Positions 9,879 to 17,636 of a stretch of DNA of 64,000 nucleotides are shown here, in pieces. The notes under the pieces are model-generated. The model did not search any database and was not told the DNA's origin. It worked only from the letters and a program-made list of their open reading frames with translations. Position 1 is the stretch's first letter; each line of letters starts with the position of its first letter. Made by a program: the position numbers and the translations under genes. Source of the stretch: an uncultured Ktedonobacterales bacterium. Lineage in GTDB: Bacteria; Chloroflexota; DTOL01; DAOUCN01. The DNA lies in NCBI GenBank assembly GCA_964402955.1, contig CAYOEZ010000003.1:588-64587 (forward strand), written 5' to 3'.

Positions 9879-10072
9879 TTGCCTCATCTCGCCGCCCGGG
9901 GTAGACGTTTTTCTGCCCAACGCGGCTTTAAGTGTTCACAACTCGCCAGGCGATCTGCAAGAACCACGCGACGCCCGCAAGGACCTGATCACCCATCTAT
10001 GCACCCGGATGCCACTGTGTGCCATCGTACCATCAACTGCCTCGGCGAGCGGCGCCAACAAATGGAGTTCCC

Positions 10073-10831
10073 ATGCTAAAAGTTGAACACCTGACCAAGG
10101 TCTACCCCAATGGAACACAGGCGCTCAAAGACGTCAGTTTCGAAGTTGCCGATGGCGAATTTCTGGCCATCATTGGTCTCAGTGGGTCCGGAAAGTCCAC
10201 CCTGTTGCGCTGCATCAACCGTCTGATTGACCCCACCGCAGGCAGAGTCATCTGGGACGGAGTTGATATTACGGCTGCGCAGGGCGCCGAACTGCGCAAC
10301 ATCCGCCGCCAGATCGGCATGATCTTCCAGCAATTCAACCTGGTCAAACGATCCCCCGTGATAACCAATGTCCTGGCTGGCCGGCTGGGCTATGTCAACC
10401 CGCTGCAAAGTCTCCTCGGCTACTTTTCCGCCGACGACCAGGCGCGGGCGCTGGCAAGCCTGGAGCAGGTGGGCTTGAGCGACAAGGCGCATGTGCGCGC
10501 CGATTCACTATCTGGCGGCCAGCAACAGCGCGTCGGCGTTGCCCGGGCGCTCATGCAGGAGCCCAAACTTATCCTTGCCGATGAACCGGTTGCGTCTCTG
10601 GACCCCGTCCTGGCGCACTCCATCCTCAAATACCTCGAGCAACTGAACAGAGAACACAAGGTCACGGTTTTGTGTAGCCTGCATTTTCTCGATCTTGTGC
10701 ATCGCTATGCGACGCGCGCCATTGCGCTCAAGGATGGCCAGGTCGTCTTCGAGGGCTTGCCGCAGCAGATTGATGATGCCCAGTTCAAAGCAATCTACGG
10801 TAAGGAAGCCGAACGCATCTCAATCGTGTAA
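10073..10831 (+). CDS. phnC: Phosphonate ABC transporter ATP-binding protein
   Basis: MLKVEHLTKVY.., Walker A GLSGSGKST, signature LSGGQQQR, Walker B LILADEP. ATG at 10073 with a GGAG SD. This is an internal start of the track ORF. Confidence 0.9.
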   Translation: MLKVEHLTKVYPNGTQALKDVSFEVADGEFLAIIGLSGSGKSTLLRCINRLIDPTAGRVIWDGVDITAAQGAELRNIRRQIGMIFQQFNLVKRSPVITNVLAGRLGYVNPLQSLLGYFSADDQARALASLEQVGLSDKAHVRADSLSGGQQQRVGVARALMQEPKLILADEPVASLDPVLAHSILKYLEQLNREHKVTVLCSLHFLDLVHRYATRAIALKDGQVVFEGLPQQIDDAQFKAIYGKEAERISIV

Positions 10832-10853
10832 GCACAGGGAGTGCTGACTGCAC

Positions 10854-12827
10854 ATGCAACCTACGACTCTCCACCCGCCTGCCCGAACCGCGCTGCTATC
10901 CTTAGTCATTCCGGGAGCAGGCCAGGTCATGCTCAATCGCCGCTGGCGTGGAGTGCTTATCCTGCTGGCCGTGGCGCTCTTCGCCTTCCTCATCAACTGG
11001 GCGCTCGTCAACTTCAAGATTGGCGTTGTGAGCGTTGCTGGGCAGGCAACAAGCTGGCTGTGGCCCGTCCTGGCCGCCTTCTGGCTGTGGAATGTTTTGG
11101 ATGCCTACCGTCTGGCAGGGGGGCGGAGGACCAGCACCGTCCTTGGCGTCCTGCTTGTTGCCATCATACTGTATGTCATCGCCTGGGATGTCACCGACAT
11201 CAAACTTGAGCGCCTGATAACCAGGTTTGGCGATGCGCAGAAGATCATGGCCGACCTGGTTCACCCCAATCTGTTCACACGCGATGGCGGCGGCGCCCTT
11301 CACCCCAGCCAGAACTTCACCGACATCTTTGGCAAGATCGTAAACAAGCCAGCATCTGGCCTGTTCGTCAACCTGGGCCTGGTGGCAAAAGACGCCCCGA
11401 CGCCCACATTTGTGGCCGGCAAACTGATTGAGACGATTGCCATTGGCCTGTTAGCGACGATCTTCTCGACGATTCTTGCCATCCCCCTCAGCTTCTTCGC
11501 CGCACATAACATCATGTCGCACGTGCGCGGCGGCACAGCAATCTACTACGCCATGCGCACGTTCCTCAACATTGTGCGCGCCGTTGATACCATGATCTGG
11601 GGAATTATCGTCATCGTGTGGGTTGGCCTGGGATCATTTGCCGGCGTCATCGCTCTGACTATCCACTCGGTGGCTGCGCTGGGCAAGCTTTACTCTGAAG
11701 AGATCGAGCATATTGATCCGGGGCCTGTGGAGGCTCTGACGGCAACGGGCGCTAACCTGTTCCAGGTCATGCGTTATGCAGTGGTGCCCCAGGTCATACC
11801 ACCATTTCTTGGATATACACTATTACGCTGGGACATCAACATGCGCTCGGCAACTGTTGTTGGTTTTGTTGCCGGCGGCGGCATTGGCTACTTCGTCGTT
11901 GAAACCTTACGCATGGCAGCCTATAGAGACTATGCCGCAGCATTGTGGGCTGTGGCCGTCATTATTATTCTCGTCGACTACATCAGTTCCTCCTGGCGGG
12001 CGCGCATCCTAGCAGACGCCCCTCCGCCAGCAACCGACAAACCTCGCACATTCCTGGCATCACTACGCACGACCATCTATGCCATACTCGGCCTGACCAT
12101 CTTTATCTACTGCTGGCAACTCGCCAAGATAGACCTGCGCCAGCTTTTTGAGCCAGCGCCAACATTCATTCGCCTGGTACGCGATTTTCTTTCATTTGAC
12201 TTCAGCTCGACGGTTATGAACGTCGTGGTCAAGCAACTGCTTATCACCATCTTCCAGGCCTTGCTGGCAACGACGCTGGGAGCGATTATTGCCCTTCCTT
12301 TCAGTTTTCTCGCGGCAAAGAACCTGACGGGACGCAGTGCAATGCTGGCGTGGCTCTACTTCCTGACACGCGCGACCTTCAATATCCTGCGCTCCATCGA
12401 GGCGCTGCTGTACGTGGCCATCTTCGTCTTCTGGGTTGGCATCGGGCCGTTTGCCGGCACACTGGCATTGGCGATCACCAGCTTTGCCCTGATCGGAAAA
12501 CTGTTCTCAGAAGCAATCGAGAACATCGATAGTGGCCCGTTGGAAGCGATTACGGCGACTGGCGCAAACCGCCTGCAAGTGATTATGTATGGCATTCTTC
12601 CCCAGATTATCCCTCCGTTCCTGTCTTACACCATCTACCAATGGGACATCAACATCCGCATGGCCACCATCATCGGGTTTGCGGGCGGCGGCGGCATTGG
12701 CCTCCAACTGTGGACCTATTTTGGGACGTTGCAGTATCATAAGGCAGGCACAGTTGTCTTGTCCATTGTGATTGTCGTCGCTCTGATGGATTTTGCCAGC
12801 GCCAAACTGCGAGAGATGATGGTCTAA
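10854..12827 (+). CDS. phnE: Phosphonate ABC transporter permease, internally duplicated (two PhnE modules in one polypeptide)
   Basis: Two paralogous halves each carry the EEIEHIDPGPVEALTATGAN / EAIENIDSGPLEAITATGAN EAA-type loops and the ..WDIN(M/I)R.. motif. Confidence 0.85.
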   Translation: MQPTTLHPPARTALLSLVIPGAGQVMLNRRWRGVLILLAVALFAFLINWALVNFKIGVVSVAGQATSWLWPVLAAFWLWNVLDAYRLAGGRRTSTVLGVLLVAIILYVIAWDVTDIKLERLITRFGDAQKIMADLVHPNLFTRDGGGALHPSQNFTDIFGKIVNKPASGLFVNLGLVAKDAPTPTFVAGKLIETIAIGLLATIFSTILAIPLSFFAAHNIMSHVRGGTAIYYAMRTFLNIVRAVDTMIWGIIVIVWVGLGSFAGVIALTIHSVAALGKLYSEEIEHIDPGPVEALTATGANLFQVMRYAVVPQVIPPFLGYTLLRWDINMRSATVVGFVAGGGIGYFVVETLRMAAYRDYAAALWAVAVIIILVDYISSSWRARILADAPPPATDKPRTFLASLRTTIYAILGLTIFIYCWQLAKIDLRQLFEPAPTFIRLVRDFLSFDFSSTVMNVVVKQLLITIFQALLATTLGAIIALPFSFLAAKNLTGRSAMLAWLYFLTRATFNILRSIEALLYVAIFVFWVGIGPFAGTLALAITSFALIGKLFSEAIENIDSGPLEAITATGANRLQVIMYGILPQIIPPFLSYTIYQWDINIRMATIIGFAGGGGIGLQLWTYFGTLQYHKAGTVVLSIVIVVALMDFASAKLREMMV

Positions 12828-12904
12828 CAAAGGAGCGGCCACACGCTGTACGTTCGCTGCGGTGGAAGTACGCCCGCAAGCGCAGCAGTATGGAGGAGTA
12901 AACA

Positions 12905-13474
12905 ATGGCTGAGGAGAACGCTCAGGAGTTGGAGCAAGAGCAGACGATCGCACAAACGGCGACAGAGCACGTCTCAGCACGCACCGTCCAGCTTCATCAG
13001 GCGTCGGCAAACATCATTCACGCCGACAAGGATGTGACGATCCGTCAGGGCGTGGCGAAAGAGATACGGGCGCAGGATGTGACGATTCGCCAGGGCGCGG
13101 CGGCAACTATTGACGCCGACAATGTGCACTTGATTCAGGGCGCGGTTGGGTTGGTGCGCGCCGGCGACGCACAGCTAGGCGCCGGCTCAAGTAGCGTGGC
13201 GGTGCTGGCCGATAGCGTGCATCTCGATCAGGCAAGCGCACAGTTTATCCTGGCTCGCGACAGCGTGGAGATGGATCAGAGCGCAACGGGCATCCTGGTG
13301 GGGCAACACATCATAGCCAAAGACTCGGTGGCCATGCTCATGTTTGCCGACAAGGTCGAGGGCAGCGTCAGTGTGGTAATGGATCGCCAGATGGCAATCA
13401 CTTTTGGCGCAGCCATGGGTGCAGTGTTGGGGCTGGTTCTGGGTCTGTTTGGAATCTTGCGGCGGAAAAAGTAG
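12905..13474 (+). CDS. Hypothetical tail-anchored protein with beta-helix-like ~17-18-aa repeats (bactofilin-like by eye)
   Basis: Repeats of the type DVTIRQGVAKEIRAQ / DVTIRQGAAATIDAD / NVHLIQGAVGLVRAG. A single C-terminal TM (FGAAMGAVLGLVLGLFGIL) is followed by RRKK. Confidence 0.6.
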   Translation: MAEENAQELEQEQTIAQTATEHVSARTVQLHQASANIIHADKDVTIRQGVAKEIRAQDVTIRQGAAATIDADNVHLIQGAVGLVRAGDAQLGAGSSSVAVLADSVHLDQASAQFILARDSVEMDQSATGILVGQHIIAKDSVAMLMFADKVEGSVSVVMDRQMAITFGAAMGAVLGLVLGLFGILRRKK

Positions 13475-13480
13475 CTGAAG

Positions 13481-13563
13481 AAGCAGGACGCAAGATGCAG
13501 GATGCAAGATACAGGATCCAGCGTGTGGTGTGCATCTTGTATTCTGCATCTTGTATCCTGCTT
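13481..13563. terminator. Long imperfect hairpin (33-nt arms) between convergent genes, built from AGGAT/CAAGAT-type words
   Basis: Left arm 13481-13513 pairs with 13531-13563, with 2 mismatches and 3 G:U pairs on the plus-strand RNA. The right arm abuts the lexA stop. Confidence 0.5.
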
Positions 13564-14201
13564 TACCTGATCTGCCGGATCACGGTGACAACCTTGCCGC
13601 GCACCTCAACCTGGCTGGCCGGGCGATAGATCGGCTCCATGTCGGCGTTGGCTGGCTGCAAGCGAATGCGGTCGCTCCCGCTCGGGCCTTTGCCTGGCTC
13701 GCGGTAGAAGCGCTTCAGCGTAGCCTGGTTATCATCCACAATGGCCACAACAATGTCCCCGTTCTGGGCTGTCGGTTGCGGCTTCACAACCACCAGGTCA
13801 CCGTCGGCTATCAGGTCTTCGATCATGGACGTTCCCCTGACCTTCAAGACATAGCAGCCCTCCTGGGCCAGATCAGGGGTCAGGCGAATGATCTCGTCCT
13901 GATTTTCCAGCGCCTCGATCGGCTCACCGGCGGCGATGCGGCCCACAATCGGAGCATCATAGGCCGATAGCATCGCAACCGGCATGGCGGTGTTCAGCTT
14001 GATGCCACGGGAAACCTTCGGATCGCAGATCAGGTGACCTTTGCGTTCCAACCGGCGCAGGTTATAGTCAACGACCGATGTGGAGCTGATCCCCGTCCCA
14101 TGGCCAATTTCGCGATTGCTCGGCGGATAGCCATGCCCGCTCAGGTAGTCGCGGATAAAAATCAGCATCCGCTGTTGGCGGTCACTCAAACCTTCGTCCA
14201 T
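13563..14201 (-). CDS. lexA: LexA repressor (S24 autopeptidase)
   Basis: N-terminal wHTH (YPPSNREIGHGTGISSTS), cleavage-region AG, catalytic GTSM..K. 212 aa. Confidence 0.95.
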   Translation of the reverse strand: MDEGLSDRQQRMLIFIRDYLSGHGYPPSNREIGHGTGISSTSVVDYNLRRLERKGHLICDPKVSRGIKLNTAMPVAMLSAYDAPIVGRIAAGEPIEALENQDEIIRLTPDLAQEGCYVLKVRGTSMIEDLIADGDLVVVKPQPTAQNGDIVVAIVDDNQATLKRFYREPGKGPSGSDRIRLQPANADMEPIYRPASQVEVRGKVVTVIRQIR

Positions 14202-14221
14202 GTCAGTTCCTCCTATACTCT

Positions 14222-14251
14222 ATTGTACCAGAACATGCGTTCGTTTGTCAA
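14222..14251 (-). promoter_or_regulatory. lexA promoter (TTGACA-18-TACAAT) with the LexA box inside the spacer
   Basis: -35 at 14246-14251 and -10 at 14222-14227 on the minus strand. AGGAGG SD downstream. Confidence 0.6.
14231..14242. promoter_or_regulatory. LexA operator (Cheo-type box GAACATGCGTTC)
   Basis: GAAC-N4-GTTC palindrome, in context AGAACATGCGTTCG, in the 56-bp divergent region between lexA and the GH gene. Confidence 0.75.
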
Positions 14252-14257
14252 GTATAT

Positions 14258-15361
14258 ATGGATAATCCACCAAAGCATCGCCGCATCTTGCTACTTGTGC
14301 TCCTTGTGACCCTGGCCCTGCTCCTCCCCTGGGCCGGCGCGCACGTGCCCTCGCGCCGCTACGGACCGCCCAAACAGGTCGAAACGGCCAATCCCAAAGT
14401 TGGTATTCATACCCGCCTGACCGACGAGGTCGAGGAGAAGAAAATCGCCCGCACGCTGCAGATGGCGCGTGAGATGGGCGCCTCATGGGTGGTCGAGTAT
14501 TTCCCCTGGGCCTACATCGAGCCGGAGAAGGGGCGCTATGAGTGGGCGCACGCCGATATGGTGGTCGACTACGCCACTGTCGAAGGGCTGACGATGGTAG
14601 CCCGCATCGACTATGTGCCCGATTGGGCGCGTCCGCCGCAAACCACCAGCCGCTACCTTGATCCTGGCCGCTACAATGACTTTGGAGATTTCGTCTTCGC
14701 TTTCGTGTCACACTACAAGAGCCGCATCCACTACTACATCATCTGGAACGAGCCGAACCTGGCCGCCGAATGGGGCTATCGCGGCGTCAATCCGGCGGAG
14801 TACACCGCTTTGCTCAAGATCGCTTACCAGCGGGCGAAAGAAGCTGATCCACAGGCGCAGATTCTCGCCGCCGGCCTTGCTCCCACCCTGGACCCGCCCG
14901 GCAGTCCGGGGGGACTGAATGACCTGGATTTCTTGCAGGGGATGTACGATGCGGGGGCCCAGGGCTACTTCGACATTCTGGCTGTGCACAGCTATGGCTG
15001 GCAGGAGCCGGCAGATGCCGCGCCCGCAGTTGATCACATCAACTGGCGGCGCACCGAACTGCTGCGCCAGATCATGGAGCGCAACGGCGACGCGGCCAGG
15101 CCAGTGATGATCACCGAAGGCGGCTGGAACGATCACCCGCGCTGGGCGCGTGCCGTGCGCCCCGCCCAGCGCATCGCCTACACCCTGCGCGCCTACGAGA
15201 TGGCCAAGACAGACTGGCCGTGGTGCGTGGCCGTGAATATGTGGGTCTTTCGCCTGCCACGGCCTGCCCGCAGCTTCAACGACTACTTCACCTTCGTGCG
15301 CGAGGATTTTACGCCCAAACTCATCTACACTGAGGTGCAGAAATATGCGCGGGGACGATAG
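14258..15361 (+). CDS. Secreted clan GH-A (TIM-barrel, GH5/GH39-like) glycoside hydrolase
   Basis: N-terminal signal/anchor. Acid/base motif IIWNEPN and nucleophile motif MITEGGW. Confidence 0.8.
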   Translation: MDNPPKHRRILLLVLLVTLALLLPWAGAHVPSRRYGPPKQVETANPKVGIHTRLTDEVEEKKIARTLQMAREMGASWVVEYFPWAYIEPEKGRYEWAHADMVVDYATVEGLTMVARIDYVPDWARPPQTTSRYLDPGRYNDFGDFVFAFVSHYKSRIHYYIIWNEPNLAAEWGYRGVNPAEYTALLKIAYQRAKEADPQAQILAAGLAPTLDPPGSPGGLNDLDFLQGMYDAGAQGYFDILAVHSYGWQEPADAAPAVDHINWRRTELLRQIMERNGDAARPVMITEGGWNDHPRWARAVRPAQRIAYTLRAYEMAKTDWPWCVAVNMWVFRLPRPARSFNDYFTFVREDFTPKLIYTEVQKYARGR

Positions 15362-15376
15362 CTGGTTTGCGTCCTA

Positions 15377-15405
15377 TTGAATGAAACACAGGGATGATGT
15401 ATACT
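15377..15405 (+). promoter_or_regulatory. Promoter/operator of antitoxin 1 (TTGAAT-17-TATACT, overlapped by an ATGATG..ATCAT inverted repeat)
   Basis: -35 at 15377-15382, -10 at 15400-15405. A palindromic GATGATGTATAC..GTATCATT surrounds the -10. Confidence 0.5.
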
Positions 15406-15444
15406 ATGTGTATCATTGGCGTATTCCGTACGGAGGTGGTACAC

Positions 15445-15723
15445 ATGACAACCAAACTGGAGCGTATCAGCATCTACTTTCCGAAATCGGTGCTCGATGA
15501 CCTGCGCCGGCTCGTCCCAGCGCGTAAGCGCAGCGCGTTGATTGTTGAGTTGACGGAGAAGGAGGTAGATCGGCTCAAGACTCTTGCGGCTCTCGATCGA
15601 ACTGCGGGGGCATGGAAAGATGCAGACTATCCTGAGTTAGCCACGGATGAAGACATCGAAAACTATGTTCACGATCTGCGCGCTTCATGGCGCACGAGAG
15701 AGGTAACAGATAACGATGCCTGA
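15445..15723 (+). CDS. vapB: RHH/CopG-type antitoxin (VapB-like), copy 1, now lacking an intact cognate toxin
   Basis: MTTKLERISIYFPKSVLDDL.. ATG at 15445 with a GGAGGTGG SD. Paralogue of 15989-16267. Confidence 0.8.
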   Translation: MTTKLERISIYFPKSVLDDLRRLVPARKRSALIVELTEKEVDRLKTLAALDRTAGAWKDADYPELATDEDIENYVHDLRASWRTREVTDNDA

Positions 15724-15910
15724 CTACTTGCTTGACACAGGACCGCTTGTGCGTCATCTGCGCAACCGCCGGGATGCGACGCAGCTTCTCGCTGATCTGA
15801 CTACGAGAGGTAGTCTCTACAGCTTCAGCGACTACTGCACCTTCCTGCGCGAGGATCTTACGCCCAAGCCGATCTACATCGAGGTGCAGAAATATGCGCG
15901 GGGGCGATAA
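15716..15910 (+). pseudogene. Chimeric ORF: first ~35 codons of a PIN (VapC) toxin fused to a duplicated copy of the last ~29 codons of the GH gene
   Basis: MPDYLLDTGPLVRHLR..RGSLY, then SFSDYCTFLREDLTPKPIYIEVQKYARGR. Compare the GH C-terminus SFNDYFTFVREDFTPKLIYTEVQKYARGR. Confidence 0.75.
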
Positions 15911-15935
15911 CAAGTGACGCGCCATATGAATGCTC

Positions 15936-15964
15936 TTGTATGATACATAAGAATGATGTATAAT
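15936..15964 (+). promoter_or_regulatory. Promoter/operator of the vapBC-2 module (TTGTAT-17-TATAAT, flanked by the ATGATG / CATCAT inverted repeat)
   Basis: -35 at 15936-15941, -10 at 15959-15964. The inverted repeat brackets the -10. Confidence 0.55.
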
Positions 15965-15988
15965 CTATGCATCATGGAGGTGATTCAA

Positions 15989-16267
15989 ATGACGACCAAA
16001 CTCGAACGTATCAGCATCTATTTTCCCAAGCCTCTGCTCGATGATTTGCGCAAGTACGTGCCAGAGCGCAAGCGTACGGCTGTGGTTGTCGAGGCTATGG
16101 AGAAAGAGGTCAGACGCTGGAAACTCGCAGCCGCGCTTGATGATGCCTTCGGAGCGTGGAAGGATGAGGATCACCCAGAGCTAGCCACCAAGGCTGATAT
16201 CGATCGCTACATTCATGAGTTGCGGGCGCGCTGGCAGCCCCCTGTTGAGGAGAAGGACAATGTCTGA
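15989..16267 (+). CDS. vapB: RHH/CopG-type antitoxin (VapB-like), copy 2
   Basis: MTTKLERISIYFPKPLLDDL.. GGAGGTG SD. Overlaps the toxin start by 8 nt. Confidence 0.85.
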   Translation: MTTKLERISIYFPKPLLDDLRKYVPERKRTAVVVEAMEKEVRRWKLAAALDDAFGAWKDEDHPELATKADIDRYIHELRARWQPPVEEKDNV

Positions 16268-16643
16268 CTATCTCCTCGACACTGGCCCTCTCATCTATCT
16301 ACTACGCGGCCGGCAAGAGACCAGGCAGTATTTGGACAGAATTCGCCATGAGGGAGATCTCTCCATCTCCGTATTGACGCGGGCGGAGATTCTGCATGGT
16401 ATGAAAGATCACGAGCGCGAGAGAACACTGAAAGTTCTTGATGGCATACCGGCGCTTGTGGTTGACATTCCCATCGCTGATCTTGCGGGCGAACTGATGC
16501 GCCGCTGCCAACAGCAAGGCATCAGCCTTGAGCTTAGCGATGCAGTGATCGCCGCGACGGCTCTCTACAACGATCTCGTGCTTGTTACATACAACCGTAA
16601 GGACTTCCCTATGCCTGAGTTGCGCCTGGCAGATATCCCTTGA
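16260..16643 (+). CDS. vapC: PIN-domain toxin (VapC family)
   Basis: MSDYLLDTGPLIYLL.. (first acidic residue), ..TRAEIL.., ..SDAVIAATA.., ..TYNRKDF. ATG at 16260 is an internal start of the track ORF. Confidence 0.85.
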   Translation: MSDYLLDTGPLIYLLRGRQETRQYLDRIRHEGDLSISVLTRAEILHGMKDHERERTLKVLDGIPALVVDIPIADLAGELMRRCQQQGISLELSDAVIAATALYNDLVLVTYNRKDFPMPELRLADIP

Positions 16644-17434
16644 ACAAGATTCTGCACGGAACGCCCACATCTTACGCTCGTCTGCTCGCCGTTCTCCTGC
16701 TGGCCGTCCTCGTCGTGCGCGTGGCGCTCAACAACCGCCCGGACGGCAGCCTGACACGCGTGCAACAGGCGGATGTGCTCATTGTCGCCCTCGATGCCTC
16801 ATATCCCCCCTTCGAAACGACCGACGGCCAGGGCAACTTCAGCGGCTTCGACGCCGGCCTAGCTCAGGAGATCGCCAGCCGCCTGGGCGTGCAGGTGCAG
16901 TTCGCCAATGTTTCCTTCGATAGTCTCTACGATGCGCTGACCGGCCGCAAGGCGGATGTCGTCATCTCTGGCTTGCGCTACGAGGCGGAGCGGACGCGCG
17001 ACGTCTTCTATACCATATCCTATTTCGACGCCGGGCAGACGCTCGTCGTACGCGCTGCCAGCCCCATCGGCAAGACGGCAGACCTTGGCGGGCGGCGCGT
17101 GGCCGTGGAGCTGGCATCTGAGGGAGAGGTGGAAGCGCAGAAACTGGCGGCCAAAACAGCGGGGATGCAGCTTCAACAGTGTTCGACAACAGAGGATGAG
17201 CTTGTGGCCCTGCGCAACGGGGCGGTGGATGCGTTGGTCACTGATCATGTGACAGCCCTGGAGATGATCAAAGATCAGGCCGATCTACGCTTGCTCGCGC
17301 CGCCCTTCGCGCCCGACTCACTTGTCGTTGCCGGGCACATCGAGGACCGTACGCTGATGAGCGAGGTCAACCGCATCATCAAAGCACTGCGCGACGACGG
17401 AACGTTAGGCCGGCTGGAGGGCGAGTGGATGTAA
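16640..17434 (+). CDS. Amino-acid ABC transporter substrate-binding protein (family 3), orphan
   Basis: Signal anchor, then ALDASYPPFE..GFD..LA.EIA. The TTG start overlaps the vapC stop (TTGA). No permease or ATPase gene is adjacent. Confidence 0.75.
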   Translation: MNKILHGTPTSYARLLAVLLLAVLVVRVALNNRPDGSLTRVQQADVLIVALDASYPPFETTDGQGNFSGFDAGLAQEIASRLGVQVQFANVSFDSLYDALTGRKADVVISGLRYEAERTRDVFYTISYFDAGQTLVVRAASPIGKTADLGGRRVAVELASEGEVEAQKLAAKTAGMQLQQCSTTEDELVALRNGAVDALVTDHVTALEMIKDQADLRLLAPPFAPDSLVVAGHIEDRTLMSEVNRIIKALRDDGTLGRLEGEWM

Positions 17435-17440
17435 CAGGAT

Positions 17441-17535
17441 GCAGGATACCGGATACAAGATGCAAGAGGTAAGATACGGATTGCGCCCATTTGCGCCCGC
17501 ACCCCGCACCCTGCAACCCGTAACCTGTATCCTGC
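17441..17535. terminator. Imperfect long hairpin of the AGGAT/CAAGAT family between convergent genes
   Basis: GCAGGATACCGGATACAAGATGCA.. pairs with ..GTAACCTGTATCCTGC. The mismatches become G:U pairs on the minus-strand transcript. Confidence 0.4.
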
Positions 17536-17636
17536 TCCCCTACACCCGCGCCAGCGTGGCCTGCGCATCCGGCATAGCGCCGGGCGGCCCACGTTCAGAG
17601 CGGAGCGCCGCACCCTTTCACATGTATGAGCCCGGC

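Larger units (their letters stand above)
15271..15819 (+). repeat. Copy 1 of a ~545-bp tandem duplication (GH 3' tail, promoter, antitoxin, first ~35 toxin codons)
   Basis: Colinear with 15820-16363. GH tail is ~85% identical over 91 nt by eye. Both antitoxin genes are exactly 279 nt. Offsets are 544-549 nt. Confidence 0.8.
15820..16363 (+). repeat. Copy 2 of the ~545-bp tandem duplication
   Basis: See copy 1. Copy 2 continues into the intact toxin gene. Confidence 0.8.
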
